A DNA stretch of 63,455 nt, counting the filler, from Octopus bimaculoides (Eukaryota), in the NCBI RefSeq assembly GCF_001194135.2. It is 8 parts of 7 records of this genome, joined end to end, with 100 filler letters (N's around TTAATTAATTAA, not from the genome) between each part and the next. Parts side by side here need not be neighbours in the genome. Positions count along the whole stretch, not along the records: positions 1 to 18,667 come from NC_068982.1; positions 18,768 to 29,378 come from NC_068984.1; 6 more parts are not named here. One strand, written 5' to 3'. Below the pieces are notes generated by a model. The model saw nothing but the letters and a program-made list of their open reading frames with translations, was not told the origin of the DNA and did not search any database. The position numbers and the translations under genes were made by a program. Numbering within the stretch: position 1 is the stretch's first letter; each line of letters begins with the position of its first letter. Below are positions 13,155 to 25,568 of this stretch, one piece after another.

Positions 13155-13450
13155 TGGAACTCCAACTTGCCCAGGCAAATCAAAATCAAGCAGTTCATTG
13201 CAACTGCCGAATCAGTGCTATTATACGACAGTGAAACATGGACACTGACAAAGAAATTATGACAAGGGCTGAACTCATTTGGTCATGTTGAACTCATTTG
13301 GTGGTGATGTAAAAAGAGGAAAACGTTGTCACTCTTACATTGATAACTTGATTGCAGATACTGGTCTGAACTGTATCCAGAACCTTGAGGTAGTGATGAT
13401 GGACCGAAAAATGTGGCAGGTGGACTTTGTTGCTGGAACCTGGCCATAAT
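13155..13450 (+). mobile_element. RTE-clade LINE 3' fragment with internal deletion
   Basis: WNSNLPRQIKIKQFIATAESVLLYDSETWTLTKKL (RTE post-RT SVLLYGSETW motif), then GDVKRGKRCHSYIDNLIADTG..VMMDRKMWQ (RTE C-terminal GRP..W..D..DR..W pattern), short (TAA) tail. Confidence 0.85.
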
Positions 13451-13948
13451 AATAAATGAACTTTGAAAAGTTCTAACTGAATTTTGTTTTTTATTTATTT
13501 TTCCTTGATCAGTTAAAATATATCCTTTTTGACATTTCATGGAAGATCGCTCATGAAGGATTGCATACATTTTGTCTATTTGAATGGAGTCAACAACTAA
13601 AAATTCATCTTGCATCGCGTGTCTATTTCTGAAGTCAATTGTGTTTCAAATAATGATGCCCACAGAAGTGAATGAACAATAATAATTTTATTTTATTATG
13701 CTTTATTCTATTGCATATGTTACACATATTGTTTATATTAAATATCTATATATGTGCTATAGAATAAAAAAATGTTCGTTATCAAAATGATAGTAGCATA
13801 AATTTGGATTTCTTTTCTCTCATTATTGTTGTTGTTGTTGTTGTTGTCACCATAGCTGGAGGTGTGTTCTCACTACATGAATAAATGGAGCTTGTACATA
13901 TACGTACTGCTATAACCTATTGAATTTTTGTTGCTTAACTTCAAATTT

Positions 13949-13984
<36 letters not shown>

Positions 13985-13991
<7 letters not shown>

Positions 13992-14180
13992 GTATGTGTT
14001 TGTGTGTCTGTGTTTATCCCCCTCACTATCGCTTTGACAACCGATTTTGGTGTGTTGACGTTCCCGTAACATAGCGGTTCGGTAAAAGAGACCGATAGAA
14101 TAAATACTAAGCTTACAAAGAATAAGTTCTGGGTTCGATTTGTTGACCGCAGTCAAATGACTGAAACAAGTAAAAGAGTA
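13985..14180 (+). mobile_element. SINE family B 3' half (D segment) after (TA/TG)n
   Basis: gtgtttatcccc..cgctttgacaaccg..gcggttcggtaaaagagaccgatagaataa..cagtcaaatgactgaaacaagtaaaaga; homologs at 29285, 36950, 56572, 57226. Confidence 0.85.
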
Positions 14181-14427
14181 AAAGAAAATATATATAAACT
14201 GTAACAATGTAGGTTTCAAAGGACCGCAATTGTCCAACATTCTGCCAAACAAACGCAAACTTAGTGGTCACATTGCGGCAGGAGACACAAAGAAGCGCAG
14301 CTCCGTCCAACTAGCTACTTCATCAAAAACAGCACAGAAAAGAACCCAAACTGAAAGACAGTACTCCAGCATGACCTCAACCTCAGGCTGAAAAAAAAAA
14401 ACCATCGAAAGATAAAATATATTTGTG

Positions 14428-14481
<54 letters not shown>

Positions 14482-15669
14482 TAGGGAGAGGTTAGAGATA
14501 GGGGTAGATTGGTCTATGTTATTATTTTTATCGTTGTTATTATTTATCCTATCTGTATTTGTGGTGGAGGTCAGTAATCTGATTAGTGTTAGTAGGATTG
14601 GTTGGATTTTCGTAATGGTCTAAAGTATTGGATTCGATGTTGGAGCTATATATGTGTTGGGTGCTCGTGTATTCAGAGCTGTTTCAGTGTATATTTTGAT
14701 AATAGAAAGTTTTCGTCTATTAGAGGCTGTTACGATAGACTAGAACTCCACTGGTTTCAGAATAAAAGATTTTACTGTCAAGGGAGGTAACTCCTTATAT
14801 GGTTTCTTTTTGTTATGCTCTCCCTTGCTTCGAATCCCGATCCAGCTGTCAACATTTTTAGTCTCTGACGAAGATAGATATATTTGTATTTAGGTAGCTA
14901 AGCAAAATTTTATTTTATCTACGTGCTGGAACTTGTCATTATTTTATTACTTTTATGGCTGTGACACATGGTATGTATGTATGTATGCATGCATGTATGT
15001 ATGGGAGGAGACAATGCAGTGGAAGACGGAGGAAGAGGGGTGATGGACTGCATATCCTAGACCTAAAGCTTTAACGTGTCGATGCCCATAGAAGCAAAAC
15101 GTTCAAGGTATGGTGACTGACGGAGAGCATTTGTCTGTCTGCACAGCTCTAGACAGCTTCCAGATGATCAATATTCGGGACAAGATAAGTGTTCTAAACT
15201 GTGGATGAAAATCGTGTGGCCATATCATAGCCATATATAGCTTTAAATCGATAGTTGATGAGCGGTTGACAAGGGTCTTCCTCTTTTAATATGCTATTTT
15301 AGAATAACATTTGAGAAACCTCTTAACACACAGACACATATTTTGCGGCGTAAGTGTAATGCTAGAGTAGTCTCCCTTGACGTTAAAACTGCTGATTTTG
15401 TTTCTATGGTGATGAAAAGCGTCACCATAAAGAAATCTTCTCACGTCCCTCGTTTTTTTTTTGTTTTTTTTTTCTCTTTTCCTTTTTGAATTAAATAGAC
15501 CAACAGCAGTGAACCGTAAGACTAAAACAATGGAAAACGTAACAATTAGAATATTTGAAATTATTGGATGTTCCTGATTTCTCAAGTGTGATCGATGGCG
15601 ACGAGTCCTTTTCGCGTGATTCTGCTTTGAAGTGTAGCTGTGTTTGTCTGTCTGCTTGCACACACACAG

Positions 15670-15757
<88 letters not shown>

Positions 15758-16403
15758 ACGTATGTATGTCTGTATGTATGTATGTGTGTGTGTATACACA
15801 AGCGTATTGTAATACAATTCAATAAATCATACAAATAACTGAAAAAGTCAGATAAATTTTATGCTAGCTGTTAGGATATAATAATACTTCAGGAGTATAA
15901 CACTTACAAATAAACACACCCAGGAATACATGCTGCAGTCACCATAATCAATTTGTAAAATGCAGCTCCTTAAACATTTGTCGCTATGCTGTTTGTCGTT
16001 GCATGCAAACAAACGCTAAATTCATTCGAACAACAGCATCGACAACAGCAACAACAACAATCACAACAACAACAATAACCAAGCCAGTAGTATCAGCAGC
16101 AAGAAGAACAGCAACAATAAGCGCAGTGATTTATAAGAATATTGGAAGAAAGTTGAAACGATAAACAAATGCAAATGTTGCATTGACGATTAACAATCAT
16201 ATGATGTAAAGAAATCAAGTATCGACAACTACTGCCACAAACAACAAACCTTTGCTGTAATCAAAACAACAAAATTGAACGATAACGTTCAGCTGTTAGG
16301 AATGTTACATAGTATTGGAAAACCAAAAGTAACAGGTTTGTAATATGTATTACTGCTAATTCTCCTATATGTGAGTGAATGTTTCTCTCTCTCTCTCTCT
16401 TTC

Positions 16404-16454
<51 letters not shown>

Positions 16455-17164
16455 NNNNNNNNNNNNNNNNNNNNNNNNNNNNNNNNNNNNNNNNNNNNNN
16501 NNNNNNNNNNNNNNNNNNNNNNNNNNNNNNNNNNNNNNNNNNNNNNNNNNNNNNNNNNNNNNNNNNNNNNNNNNNNNNNNNNNNNNNNNNNNNNNNNNNN
16601 NNNNNNNNNNNNNNNNNNNNNNNNNNNNNNNNNNNNNNNNNNNNNNNNNNNNNNNNNNNNNNNNNNNNNNNNNNNNNNNNNNNNNNNNNNNNNNNNNNNN
16701 NNNNNNNNNNNNNNNNNNNNNNNNNNNNNNNNNNNNNNNNNNNNNNNNNNNNNNNNNNNNNNNNNNNNNNNNNNNNNNNNNNNNNNNNNNNNNNNNNNNN
16801 NNNNNNNNNNNNNNNNNNNNNNNNNNNNNNNNNNNNNNNNNNNNNNNNNNNNNNNNNNNNNNNNNNNNNNNNNNNNNNNNNNNNNNNNNNNNNNNNNNNN
16901 NNNNNNNNNNNNNNNNNNNNNNNNNNNNNNNNNNNNNNNNNNNNNNNNNNNNNNNNNNNNNNNNNNNNNNNNNNNNNNNNNNNNNNNNNNNNNNNNNNNN
17001 NNNNNNNNNNNNNNNNNNNNNNNNNNNNNNNNNNNNNNNNNNNNNNNNNNNNNNNNNNNNNNNNNNNNNNNNNNNNNNNNNNNNNNNNNNNNNNNNNNNN
17101 NNNNNNNNNNNNNNNNNNNNATATATATATATGGTGATTGATTCATGTTCCCAAATGATTACCG

Positions 17165-17390
17165 TCTCACAGCTTCCTCGTTGTCAATAGCATTTCTGTT
17201 TTTCCTTCCGTGACCTCTCAGATGACTACTCAGTCCCGCTGCAGATCTGCATGGTTTGAAGCATTGGTGGTGACTGACGAAAGTTTGTGGCTTCCAATTA
17301 GATTGATCGATTCACTTTGTGAGATATGATCCCCGTGAACCGCCATATGTTTCTTCAGGCTCGAAATCAACTTGCAAACCCTTTCGCACA

Positions 17391-17392
<2 letters not shown>
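17165..17392 (-). mobile_element. LINE (RTE-like) 3' fragment with two degenerate C2H2-like fingers
   Basis: Minus strand: CERVCKLISSLKKHMAVH, then after a frameshift HQCFKPCRSAAGLSSHLRGHGR, matching the CxxCx-S-x-x-GL-x-SH-x-R-x-H finger at RTE ORF C-termini. Confidence 0.7.
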
Positions 17393-17422
<30 letters not shown>

Positions 17423-18263
17423 TAGCAGAGATGAATTGTATTTTACGTGGAGTTTTCATCCTGCCTGGTCAGAACCCTATTGTTGATATATAGTAAATAC
17501 CAGTAATATACTATTTTTCATTCAATCGATTTCTCCCTTATCTTGTAATACTTTGGCCTTTGTATATGAAACCACATTGTCCTCTTCCCATGATACGCTT
17601 ACGCACATACACAAAGTCTCCATTTCACTCATTCTCTCTTTTTTTCCTCCTCTCTTTGTCTATGTCTTCCTCACAAATATGTGCTGATATAAAACAATGT
17701 TCTTACGAATAAATCTACCGGAACTCCTTATCTTTCAGTTTGTATATATGCGCGCATAAGTACGCACGTATATTGTACATATACGCATATATACATATAT
17801 ACACATACACTCATATACACACATAAATACACACATACACATACACACACACACATATACATATATATATATATATATACGTACATATTCATACACACAC
17901 ACACACATATGTATGTATATACTTATTGCTATGATTATTCTGCATGGCTAGTACGAAGTGATATCTACTTTCTCAGTCATTAAAGTGAATACACGAGATG
18001 TCTTCAACACAACTTCCTACACTGAGTATTTCACAATTAGATGCCCAAAGAGTGTTCTTCCTTTCTAGTTGCAAAAAATACATCAGCAGGAATCAGCTGC
18101 TAACTGTTAACAAAACCCATATTCGACCTACATAGGACTAGTGCTTACACCTCTGGTACAAAACCAACCATGACAATTACAAGCAAACATCCTGGACCAG
18201 TGGTTTCCAATCTTTTCAATGCCCCACCCCCCAGAAATGTTCAATTCACTTTTGTACTCTCTA

Positions 18264-18424
18264 CAGGAGTGGTTGTGTGATAAGAAGTTTGCTTCTCAAC
18301 CACATGGTTCCGGGTTTAATCCCACTGCTTGGCACCTTGAGCGAGTGCCTTCCACTATAGCCTCAGGCTAACCAAAACTTTGTGACTGGATTTAGTTAAC
18401 GGAAACTGAAGGAAGCCAGTCGTA
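18264..18424 (+). mobile_element. SINE family B 5' half
   Basis: caggagtggttgtgtgataagaag..ggttccgggtttaatccc..ggcaccttgagcgagtgcc..ggaaactgaaggaagcc. Confidence 0.8.
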
Positions 18425-18667
18425 TCTGTCAGACTGATGACTGCCATGAGGCAGGAAAGTATACTAGTCCTTATATATTTTATACTCTATATTTAATACT
18501 CAATATTTCATATATTCAATAAGACATTCAATACTTCATTTCATTTTACTATTTATATTATATATTCCATATTCTATATCCCACATTAATTTTATAAGAA
18601 TATAAATAAAACATAAAAAACAGACAGAGTTGGAACTCTTTTATATAATATATATGTATATATATAT

Positions 18668-18767
18668 NNNNNNNNNNNNNNNNNNNNNNNNNNNNNNNNN
18701 NNNNNNNNNNNTTAATTAATTAANNNNNNNNNNNNNNNNNNNNNNNNNNNNNNNNNNNNNNNNNNNN
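18668..18767. other. artificial 100-nt gap: 44 N + TTAATTAATTAA + 44 N (also linkers at 29423, 37267, 46252, 53643, 57170, 62309)
   Basis: Identical 12-mer giving stops in all six frames, centred in N runs at seven places. Confidence 0.95.
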
Positions 18768-18805
<38 letters not shown>

Positions 18806-18845
18806 TCTATCTATCTATCTATCTATCTACCTATCTATACAACAC

Positions 18846-19415
18846 TGGCGAGGAGATGAATGGATGCTCCATCTAGCGATCGAGTGTCCATTATTGACAA
18901 GACCAGACAAGGTCAAAATCTGGTGGTCTGGTAGCCTCCATGCTGGAGGTAGCAGGGATTCATATCTCCCCGATACTGATATAAACCAGAGTGCGTTTTG
19001 CTTAAAAAAAACAAAAGACAATTTGGATGGTTCTCTCATGATAACAACTGCAGTACAGTTTGATCTAACAGAATATTCACGATTAAGTGGAGATTAAATA
19101 TTACTTCTCGTAATATATATTTTTAACAAAGCTAACTTGTAAATCACGGCAGGAGCGCCTGATCTGGCACTGTCAATCTATAAAAAGCTGGTGGGAAGAT
19201 GAGTCCCTGCTGCGTCTAGCAGTCGAGTGTCTATCATTGACAAGACCAAGCAAGGTCGAAATCACGCGATCTGGTGGCTGGTGGCCTCCCGACTAGCGAT
19301 ATAAGCCAGAATGCATTTTGAACTAAAAAACTAATACAATAGTTTCTCTCGTGGTAACTACTACAGTATAGTTTGTTCTTATAATCCATATTAAGTAGGG
19401 ATAAATATTACTTAT
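18846..19415. repeat. diverged local direct duplication (18846-19110 / 19189-19415)
   Basis: Shared blocks tctagc..tcgagtgtc..attgacaagacca..caaggtc.aaatc..tctggtgg..gatataa.ccaga.tgc.ttttg..attaag..aaatattactt; period about 345 nt. Confidence 0.8.
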
Positions 19416-19424
19416 AAAGGTACT

Positions 19425-19566
19425 GGTAGGGCGGCGAGGTGACAGAATCGTTAGCACGGCAGGCAAAATGCTGAGCGGCTACGACTTTCATCGTTGAACA
19501 CTGGAGTTGATGCTGTCGACTTGATGTTCCCCAAACTTGCTGGCCTAGTGCCAACATTTGAAATCA
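19425..19566 (+). mobile_element. SINE family A, internally deleted
   Basis: ggcggcgaggtgacagaatcgttagcacgg..aaaatgctgagcgg head joined to ccccaaacttgctggcctagtgccaacatttgaa tail. Confidence 0.7.
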
Positions 19567-19664
19567 ATATTGCAAATATACTGCTTATATATGCTGCCGT
19601 TGTATGAGATGTTTAACCATTAAGATAACACCAAAATTACTATTGACATTATAAAAAGAAAAGC

Positions 19665-19695
19665 AACCATAACAACAACAGCAACAACAACAACA

Positions 19696-19763
<68 letters not shown>

Positions 19764-19823
19764 TTATAATCATAATAATAATGATAACAGTAGTAATAAT
19801 AATAATAGTAATAATAATAGTAA

Positions 19824-19870
<47 letters not shown>

Positions 19871-19887
19871 ATAATAATAATAATAAT

Positions 19888-19924
<37 letters not shown>

Positions 19925-19925
19925 G
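19665..19925. repeat. compound trinucleotide microsatellite (AAC)(AAT)(AGT)(AAT)
   Basis: Direct reading. Confidence 0.95.
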
Positions 19926-20849
19926 TTTCAAATTTTTTCACAAGGACAACCATTGTGGGGGAAGGGATCTGTCAATTACATCGACCTAAGTCTTCAACTG
20001 ATACTTAATTATAATAATAATAATATTAATGATATAGGCTTTGTCTTGGTATAAAAGATGGACTTCAGCAAATATTCTGCTCAGTACCAAAGATTTGTTT
20101 GTCAGTTGCTTGATCATAACCAGTTGAGCATGTCCCTTAGTGGCGGACGATATAAGCATCTCCGACCATGGGCGAAGTAGCGGGGGAAGATCATAGCTAT
20201 GTGTTGAGAGTAATTGTTTGGGGCTTCAGTAATTCACCTATGGAAAGATGGAAACAACCCTTATTCACAGATCTTTTGAGTGGGATGGGCTACTCAGCCT
20301 GAAGAAAATTCTAACTGGGCCCCACCTGCAAGGTCATCCGCTCTTAATCTTCAAATGATATCACAATGTCGCGCACAGGGGGAAATCTTCCTGTCAGTCA
20401 CATTGAATCAATAAATTTCAATACGGCTCTCTCCTCCTCTCTCCACCTCTCTCTTTGTATTTTTATGTGTATATATCCATATGCACGTATGTATTTGTGT
20501 GTGTATGTGTGTGTGTGTGTGTGTGGTTGCCAAAACAAACTGGATGTCCATCGGCCGATGCAAATCCCCTGCGTCCAATAGCTGCGCCATATCGTGCAAT
20601 TCCGTGCGTACCCACCTGCCAAGCTCCAACACCACGAACAATTTCATCGAAAGCATTCACACATGGCTAAAAGTACAATTTATATACTCTTTCCTCGCGG
20701 TTGAGGTCAGGAAACTATTTACAAAAGAAAATACTTAATAAATAGCAAGTTCAATGCAAACACAACATACCAAGAACGCCATGCAAGATTGGAAATTGAG
20801 ATTATGACGTTGTGTCACACAGCTAGTTTATATATTTGCGATTGTTTAT

Positions 20850-21170
20850 GAAATAAATATATGAAATAATCTGATATTAATGTATTTCTGTTGACATAAT
20901 GAAAAATATATTTGATTCTCTGTCTGGAGTTTCGTTTACAATGTTTGTTATTGTCATAGAAGACTGCCCTTTTAATCTGAACTCTTGAAGAATTATTCTC
21001 AGCCATCATAATGAGTCACGTTTCATATTGTCTACCAGACAGGAAAAAACGATTAAAAATCACAGTAAAAGCTAACATTAGACGCCAATCGTTAACGCTA
21101 CAAAACTAGAAGTGTCCTTTTAGTTTCTAGACATAAACGAAAACTCGGTTTAGAACTGCTGAACTGGAAG
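20850..21170. repeat. dispersed direct repeat, copy 1 (copy 2 at 28060-28375), unclassified
   Basis: atatttgattctc.gtctggagtttc.ttta.aatgtttg..attgtcat.g.agactgcccttttaatct shared, collinear over about 300 nt. Confidence 0.85.
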
Positions 21171-21247
21171 ATTACACGTGGAAATTATAACCTCACTCAT
21201 AGTCTTATTCCTTTTAATTTATAAAATGAAACGACATATGGTATTAC

Positions 21248-21287
<40 letters not shown>

Positions 21288-22196
21288 NNNNNNNNNNNNN
21301 NNNNNNNNNNNNNNNNNNNNNNNNNNNNNNNNNNNNNNNNNNNNNNNNNNNNNNNNNNNNNNNNNNNNNNNNNNNNNNNNNNNNNNNNNNNNNNNNNNNN
21401 NNNNNNNNNNNNNNNNNNNNNNNNNNNNNNNNNNNNNNNNNNNNNNNNNNNNNNNNNNNNNNNNNNNNNNNNNNNNNNNNNNNNNNNNNNNNNNNNNNNN
21501 NNNNNNNNNNNNNNNNNNNNNNNNNNNNNNNNNNNNNNNNNNNNNNNNNNNNNNNNNNNNNNNNNNNNNNNNNNNNNNNNNNNNNNNNNNNNNNNNNNNN
21601 NNNNNNNNNNNNNNNNNNNNNNNNNNNNNNNNNNNNNNNNNNNNNNNNNNNNNNNNNNNNNNNNNNNNNNNNNNNNNNNNNNNNNNNNNNNNNNNNNNNN
21701 NNNNNNNNNNNNNNNNNNNNNNNNNNNNNNNNNNNNNNNNNNNNNNNNNNNNNNNNNNNNNNNNNNNNNNNNNNNNNNNNNNNNNNNNNNNNNNNNNNNN
21801 NNNNNNNNNNNNNNNNNNNNNNNNNNNNNNNNNNNNNNNNNNNNNNNNNNNNNNNNNNNNNNNNNNNNNNNNNNNNNNNNNNNNNNNNNNNNNNNNNNNN
21901 NNNNNNNNNNNNNNNNNNNNNNNNNNNNNNNNNNNNNNNNNNNNNNNNNNNNNNNNNNNNNNNNNNNNNNNNNNNNNNNNNNNNNNNNNNNNNNNNNNNN
22001 NNNNNNNNNNNNNNNNNNNNNNNNNNNNNNNNNNNNNNNNNNNNNNNNNNNNNNNNNNNNNNNNNNNNNNNNNNNNNNNNNNNNNNNNNNNNNNNNNNNN
22101 NNNNNNNNNNNNNNNNNNNNNNNNNNNNNNNNNNNNNNNNNNNNNNNNNNNNNNNNNNNNNNNNNNNNNNNNNNTATATATATATATATATATGAA

Positions 22197-22335
22197 GGCG
22201 CGCGGTTCAGTGGTTCGAGGGTCGAACTTACGACCGTGGGGTTGTGAGTTCAAATCCCGGACTGGGCTGTGTGTTGTGTTCTTGAGCAAGACACTTTATT
22301 TCTTGTTGCACCAGCTCACTCAGCTGTAGTGAGCT
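22197..22335 (+). mobile_element. SINE family C (tRNA-like head + CORE-like domain), 3' truncated
   Basis: ggcgcgcggttcagtggttcgagggtcg..gagttcaaatcccgg then gtgttcttgagcaagacactttatttc..ccagctcactcagctgtag; homolog at 45732. Confidence 0.85.
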
Positions 22336-23435
22336 GTTTGTGTGTATATGAGTGTGTGTCTCTGAATGTGCATATATGTGTGTGCGTGCTTGTGCGTGCG
22401 TGTGTGAATTGACTTTGACATGAAATAAACTTTTTCGTAGTTCTTATGTTGCATGAGATGTGAAGTTCTGGATGTTACTCCTAAGTCGATAATTTTGCTA
22501 TCCTAAAGTTTTCACCATTTAAACCTGGTGCCAAAATGCGGAAGTGCCAATGCTAGGATGACTCAATAACACAAATATTGGATGATGAGTATGATTTGTC
22601 TGAAACAAACCAGACATTGATAGTGATTTGAAGAAAACTTAAACATTAATTATTCATTTATTTTTGAGAGTAAAAAGCCTCGGGTGGAACTTGTCAAAAT
22701 GCCAACATCACACGTCTTTACAAAAGCAGAAACAACAGCGACATGAAAACATAAATATGTAAAACAATAACATTTTCTGTTGGTAAAATTGTTTTTGCAT
22801 ATCATGGGAGAATGGCTATGGTTAACTATTATAAACGTAGAGTTGATTGGTATGTTTTGCAAAGTATATTGGCTCAGCATTTAAGGGGTCAACCAAAGAT
22901 CTTACTGCAAATGGGTTCAAACGGTGGCACAATGCCGGCAATTTTAAGGGAAATTTATTACTAGATTACATAGACCCCCAATGTTCAAATGGTAGTTATT
23001 ATGTGGATCCCGAAACGATGAAAGGCCTACGCGGATTTGGCGGCATTTGAACTCAAAAAGGAAGAAAAATAGGTGGAAGAGACCCGATGTAGCTTGAGCT
23101 ATCCTTCAAATCATCAATAATAGGCCTTGAAATGTATTTTATACAATAAGTGATGTGCTCTTACGAACTGTATTGAACATTGAAGATTCCAAGCAAGCTT
23201 CAGTCATGAAGCTTAGAAAGAAATTTAAAAAGTCTTTTGACCTACAATTTAAGAATAAGAATGACCAAAGACACCCAAATACTGACAGACCTATCGTTGC
23301 TTCTCCTGGAATAAATGTGGTGATAATTTTAGCATGCATAGCAAAACAAAAGTGCCCTTGTTACTCTTGGCCGCCGGAGGATGTCCGGAACTAAGGTGAC
23401 TAAATAAAGTTATAATGAAAAGTGTAAATAACAAA

Positions 23436-23439
<4 letters not shown>

Positions 23440-23505
<66 letters not shown>

Positions 23506-23540
23506 GCAATAATAATAATAATAACAATAATAATAATCCT
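23440..23540. repeat. (AAT)n microsatellite
   Basis: Direct reading. Confidence 0.95.
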
Positions 23541-25289
23541 TTCTACTAAAGCCTCAACGCCTGAAGTTTTTGCGGTGGGGATTAATCGGTTACATTGACT
23601 CCAATGTTTCACTTAGTTTATCGATTCCTAAAGGAAGAAAGGCAAAGTCGACCCCAACATAAATTAATAATGCTGTTGCTGCTGCTGCTGCTACTGCTGC
23701 TGCTGCTGATGATGATGATGACGACGATGATAAAAATAATAGCCACAACAATAGCCAATAACAAACATCATGTACGTGCACCTGCGAGCTCCCTCGGAGG
23801 AAGGATTAAATTTTAGAATCTTCGACAAACAGGATTTAAGAAACCGCAAATAAATAGATAAAATGAAAGAAAATTGTTTTTTAATGTAAGTCTTTTCAGG
23901 ACTCCAAAATTTATCTCTCATATATGAACCATTGATGCTGCCAGCCATATCGTCACAGCAAGGCACGTCAGTAAGGAAGTAAACAACACCTGGAGATGAA
24001 ATATTCTTATACAACAATTTTAAGCAAATTAAAAGAGAAAAATGATAAGGAATAAATAATGCAACACGTTTCATTTTAAACAAAGAGAGAAACGCAGATA
24101 AGCTCGGTAATAAAATTATGAAAAAAATAGAAGCGAATTTCGATCTGTGAGTTTTAGGCGACCACGATACGATAGATCACCATGCACACGTCAAGAGACG
24201 GTGTTCTGGCAATAAGTTAACACTGACCAAACAGACCCCTCTCTTAATGCCACCGCCCAAACGAAAACCAAATCGAAAAGAGATGGACACAGCTGAAGGA
24301 TTATATGCTTTCTTCACTGTAGCTTAATTCTTGAACCCAAAAGAAAACAACTCGCATTACACACACAGCGCATAATACTAACACTAATACTAAAAAAGAA
24401 AAAGACTGCAACCAGACCTTATAACAAAGCAAACTGGACACAATGCAATACCGGGAGGAGCTTACACTCCCCCAATAACCAAAAAGAACACGCAATGCTG
24501 CACACACCCCAGAAACACCAAGTGATGTGTATAAACAACAAACAGGCATATTAGTTTAACGCTGGGAAAGGTGAGAATATCTTTTACGTTTCGAGCCTAT
24601 GCGCTTCAACAGAAAGGAACACGAGAAAATAAACAGAGAGAGAATAAAAATATATATATAAATATATATATNNNNNNNNNNNNNNNNNNNNNNNNNNNNN
24701 NNNNNNNNNNNNNNNNNNNNNNNNNNNNNNNNNNNNNNNNNNNNNNNNNNNNNNNNNNNNNNNNNNNNNNNNNNNNNNNNNNNNNNNNNNNNNNNNNNNN
24801 NNNNNNNNNNNNNNNNNNNNNNNNNNNNNNNNNNNNNNNNNNNNNNNNNNNNNNNNNNNNNNNNNNNNNNNNNNNNNNNNNNNNNNNNNNNNNNNNNNNT
24901 ATATATATATATATTTATATATATGTATATATATATACACACACACAGCACATATATATGCAACCGTATATATGTTTGTACGTGTGTGAACCTGCGTAAA
25001 TTTGTGTGTGTGTGTGTGTGTGTGTGTGTATCTATGTGACATTAAACAAGCTACAAGTATGTAAACTGATTCCCCCACAAAAATCATTTAGCTTCACAAA
25101 AGTACACATTTTTCCTCTTGGCTGTCGTTATCGAAGTTTTCTGCGAAGTATAAAAATATCGAAATAACTCTTTGAAATTCGGCCATGTTGTGCATGTTTT
25201 TTTTTTGGTTTTTTTGGGGGGTTTTTTTTTGTAGTGTCTCCTGATTCTTGGTTGTGTGTCAATTTCCTCCATTTTAATTCAGTAAGCAA

Positions 25290-25299
25290 CAACAACAGC

Positions 25300-25365
<66 letters not shown>

Positions 25366-25370
25366 AAGAA

Positions 25371-25404
<34 letters not shown>

Positions 25405-25568
25405 GTGATGGTGAAGAGGAAGGAGAGGAAGGTGATGATGATGATGATGATGATGAGAAAGAAGAGGAGGAAGGAGAGGTAGAAGAGGAAGGGGAGGAAG
25501 GAGAAGAAGATGAAGAAGAAGATGAAGAAGAAGGGGAAGGAGAGGAACAACAACGACAACAACAACAA
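25290..25568. repeat. compound microsatellite (AAT)(GAT)(GAA/GAG)(AAC)
   Basis: Direct reading; explains the poly-N/M/H/S ORFs in the track. Confidence 0.95.

Noticed and set aside
14480-14890. Possible Penelope-like fragment
   Set aside because: Only a ctgacgaag-like word and a biased composition; no RT or GIY-YIG motif seen.
20030-20385. Probable interspersed repeat
   Set aside because: Single copy in the window and no diagnostic motif, so it cannot be classified from this sequence.
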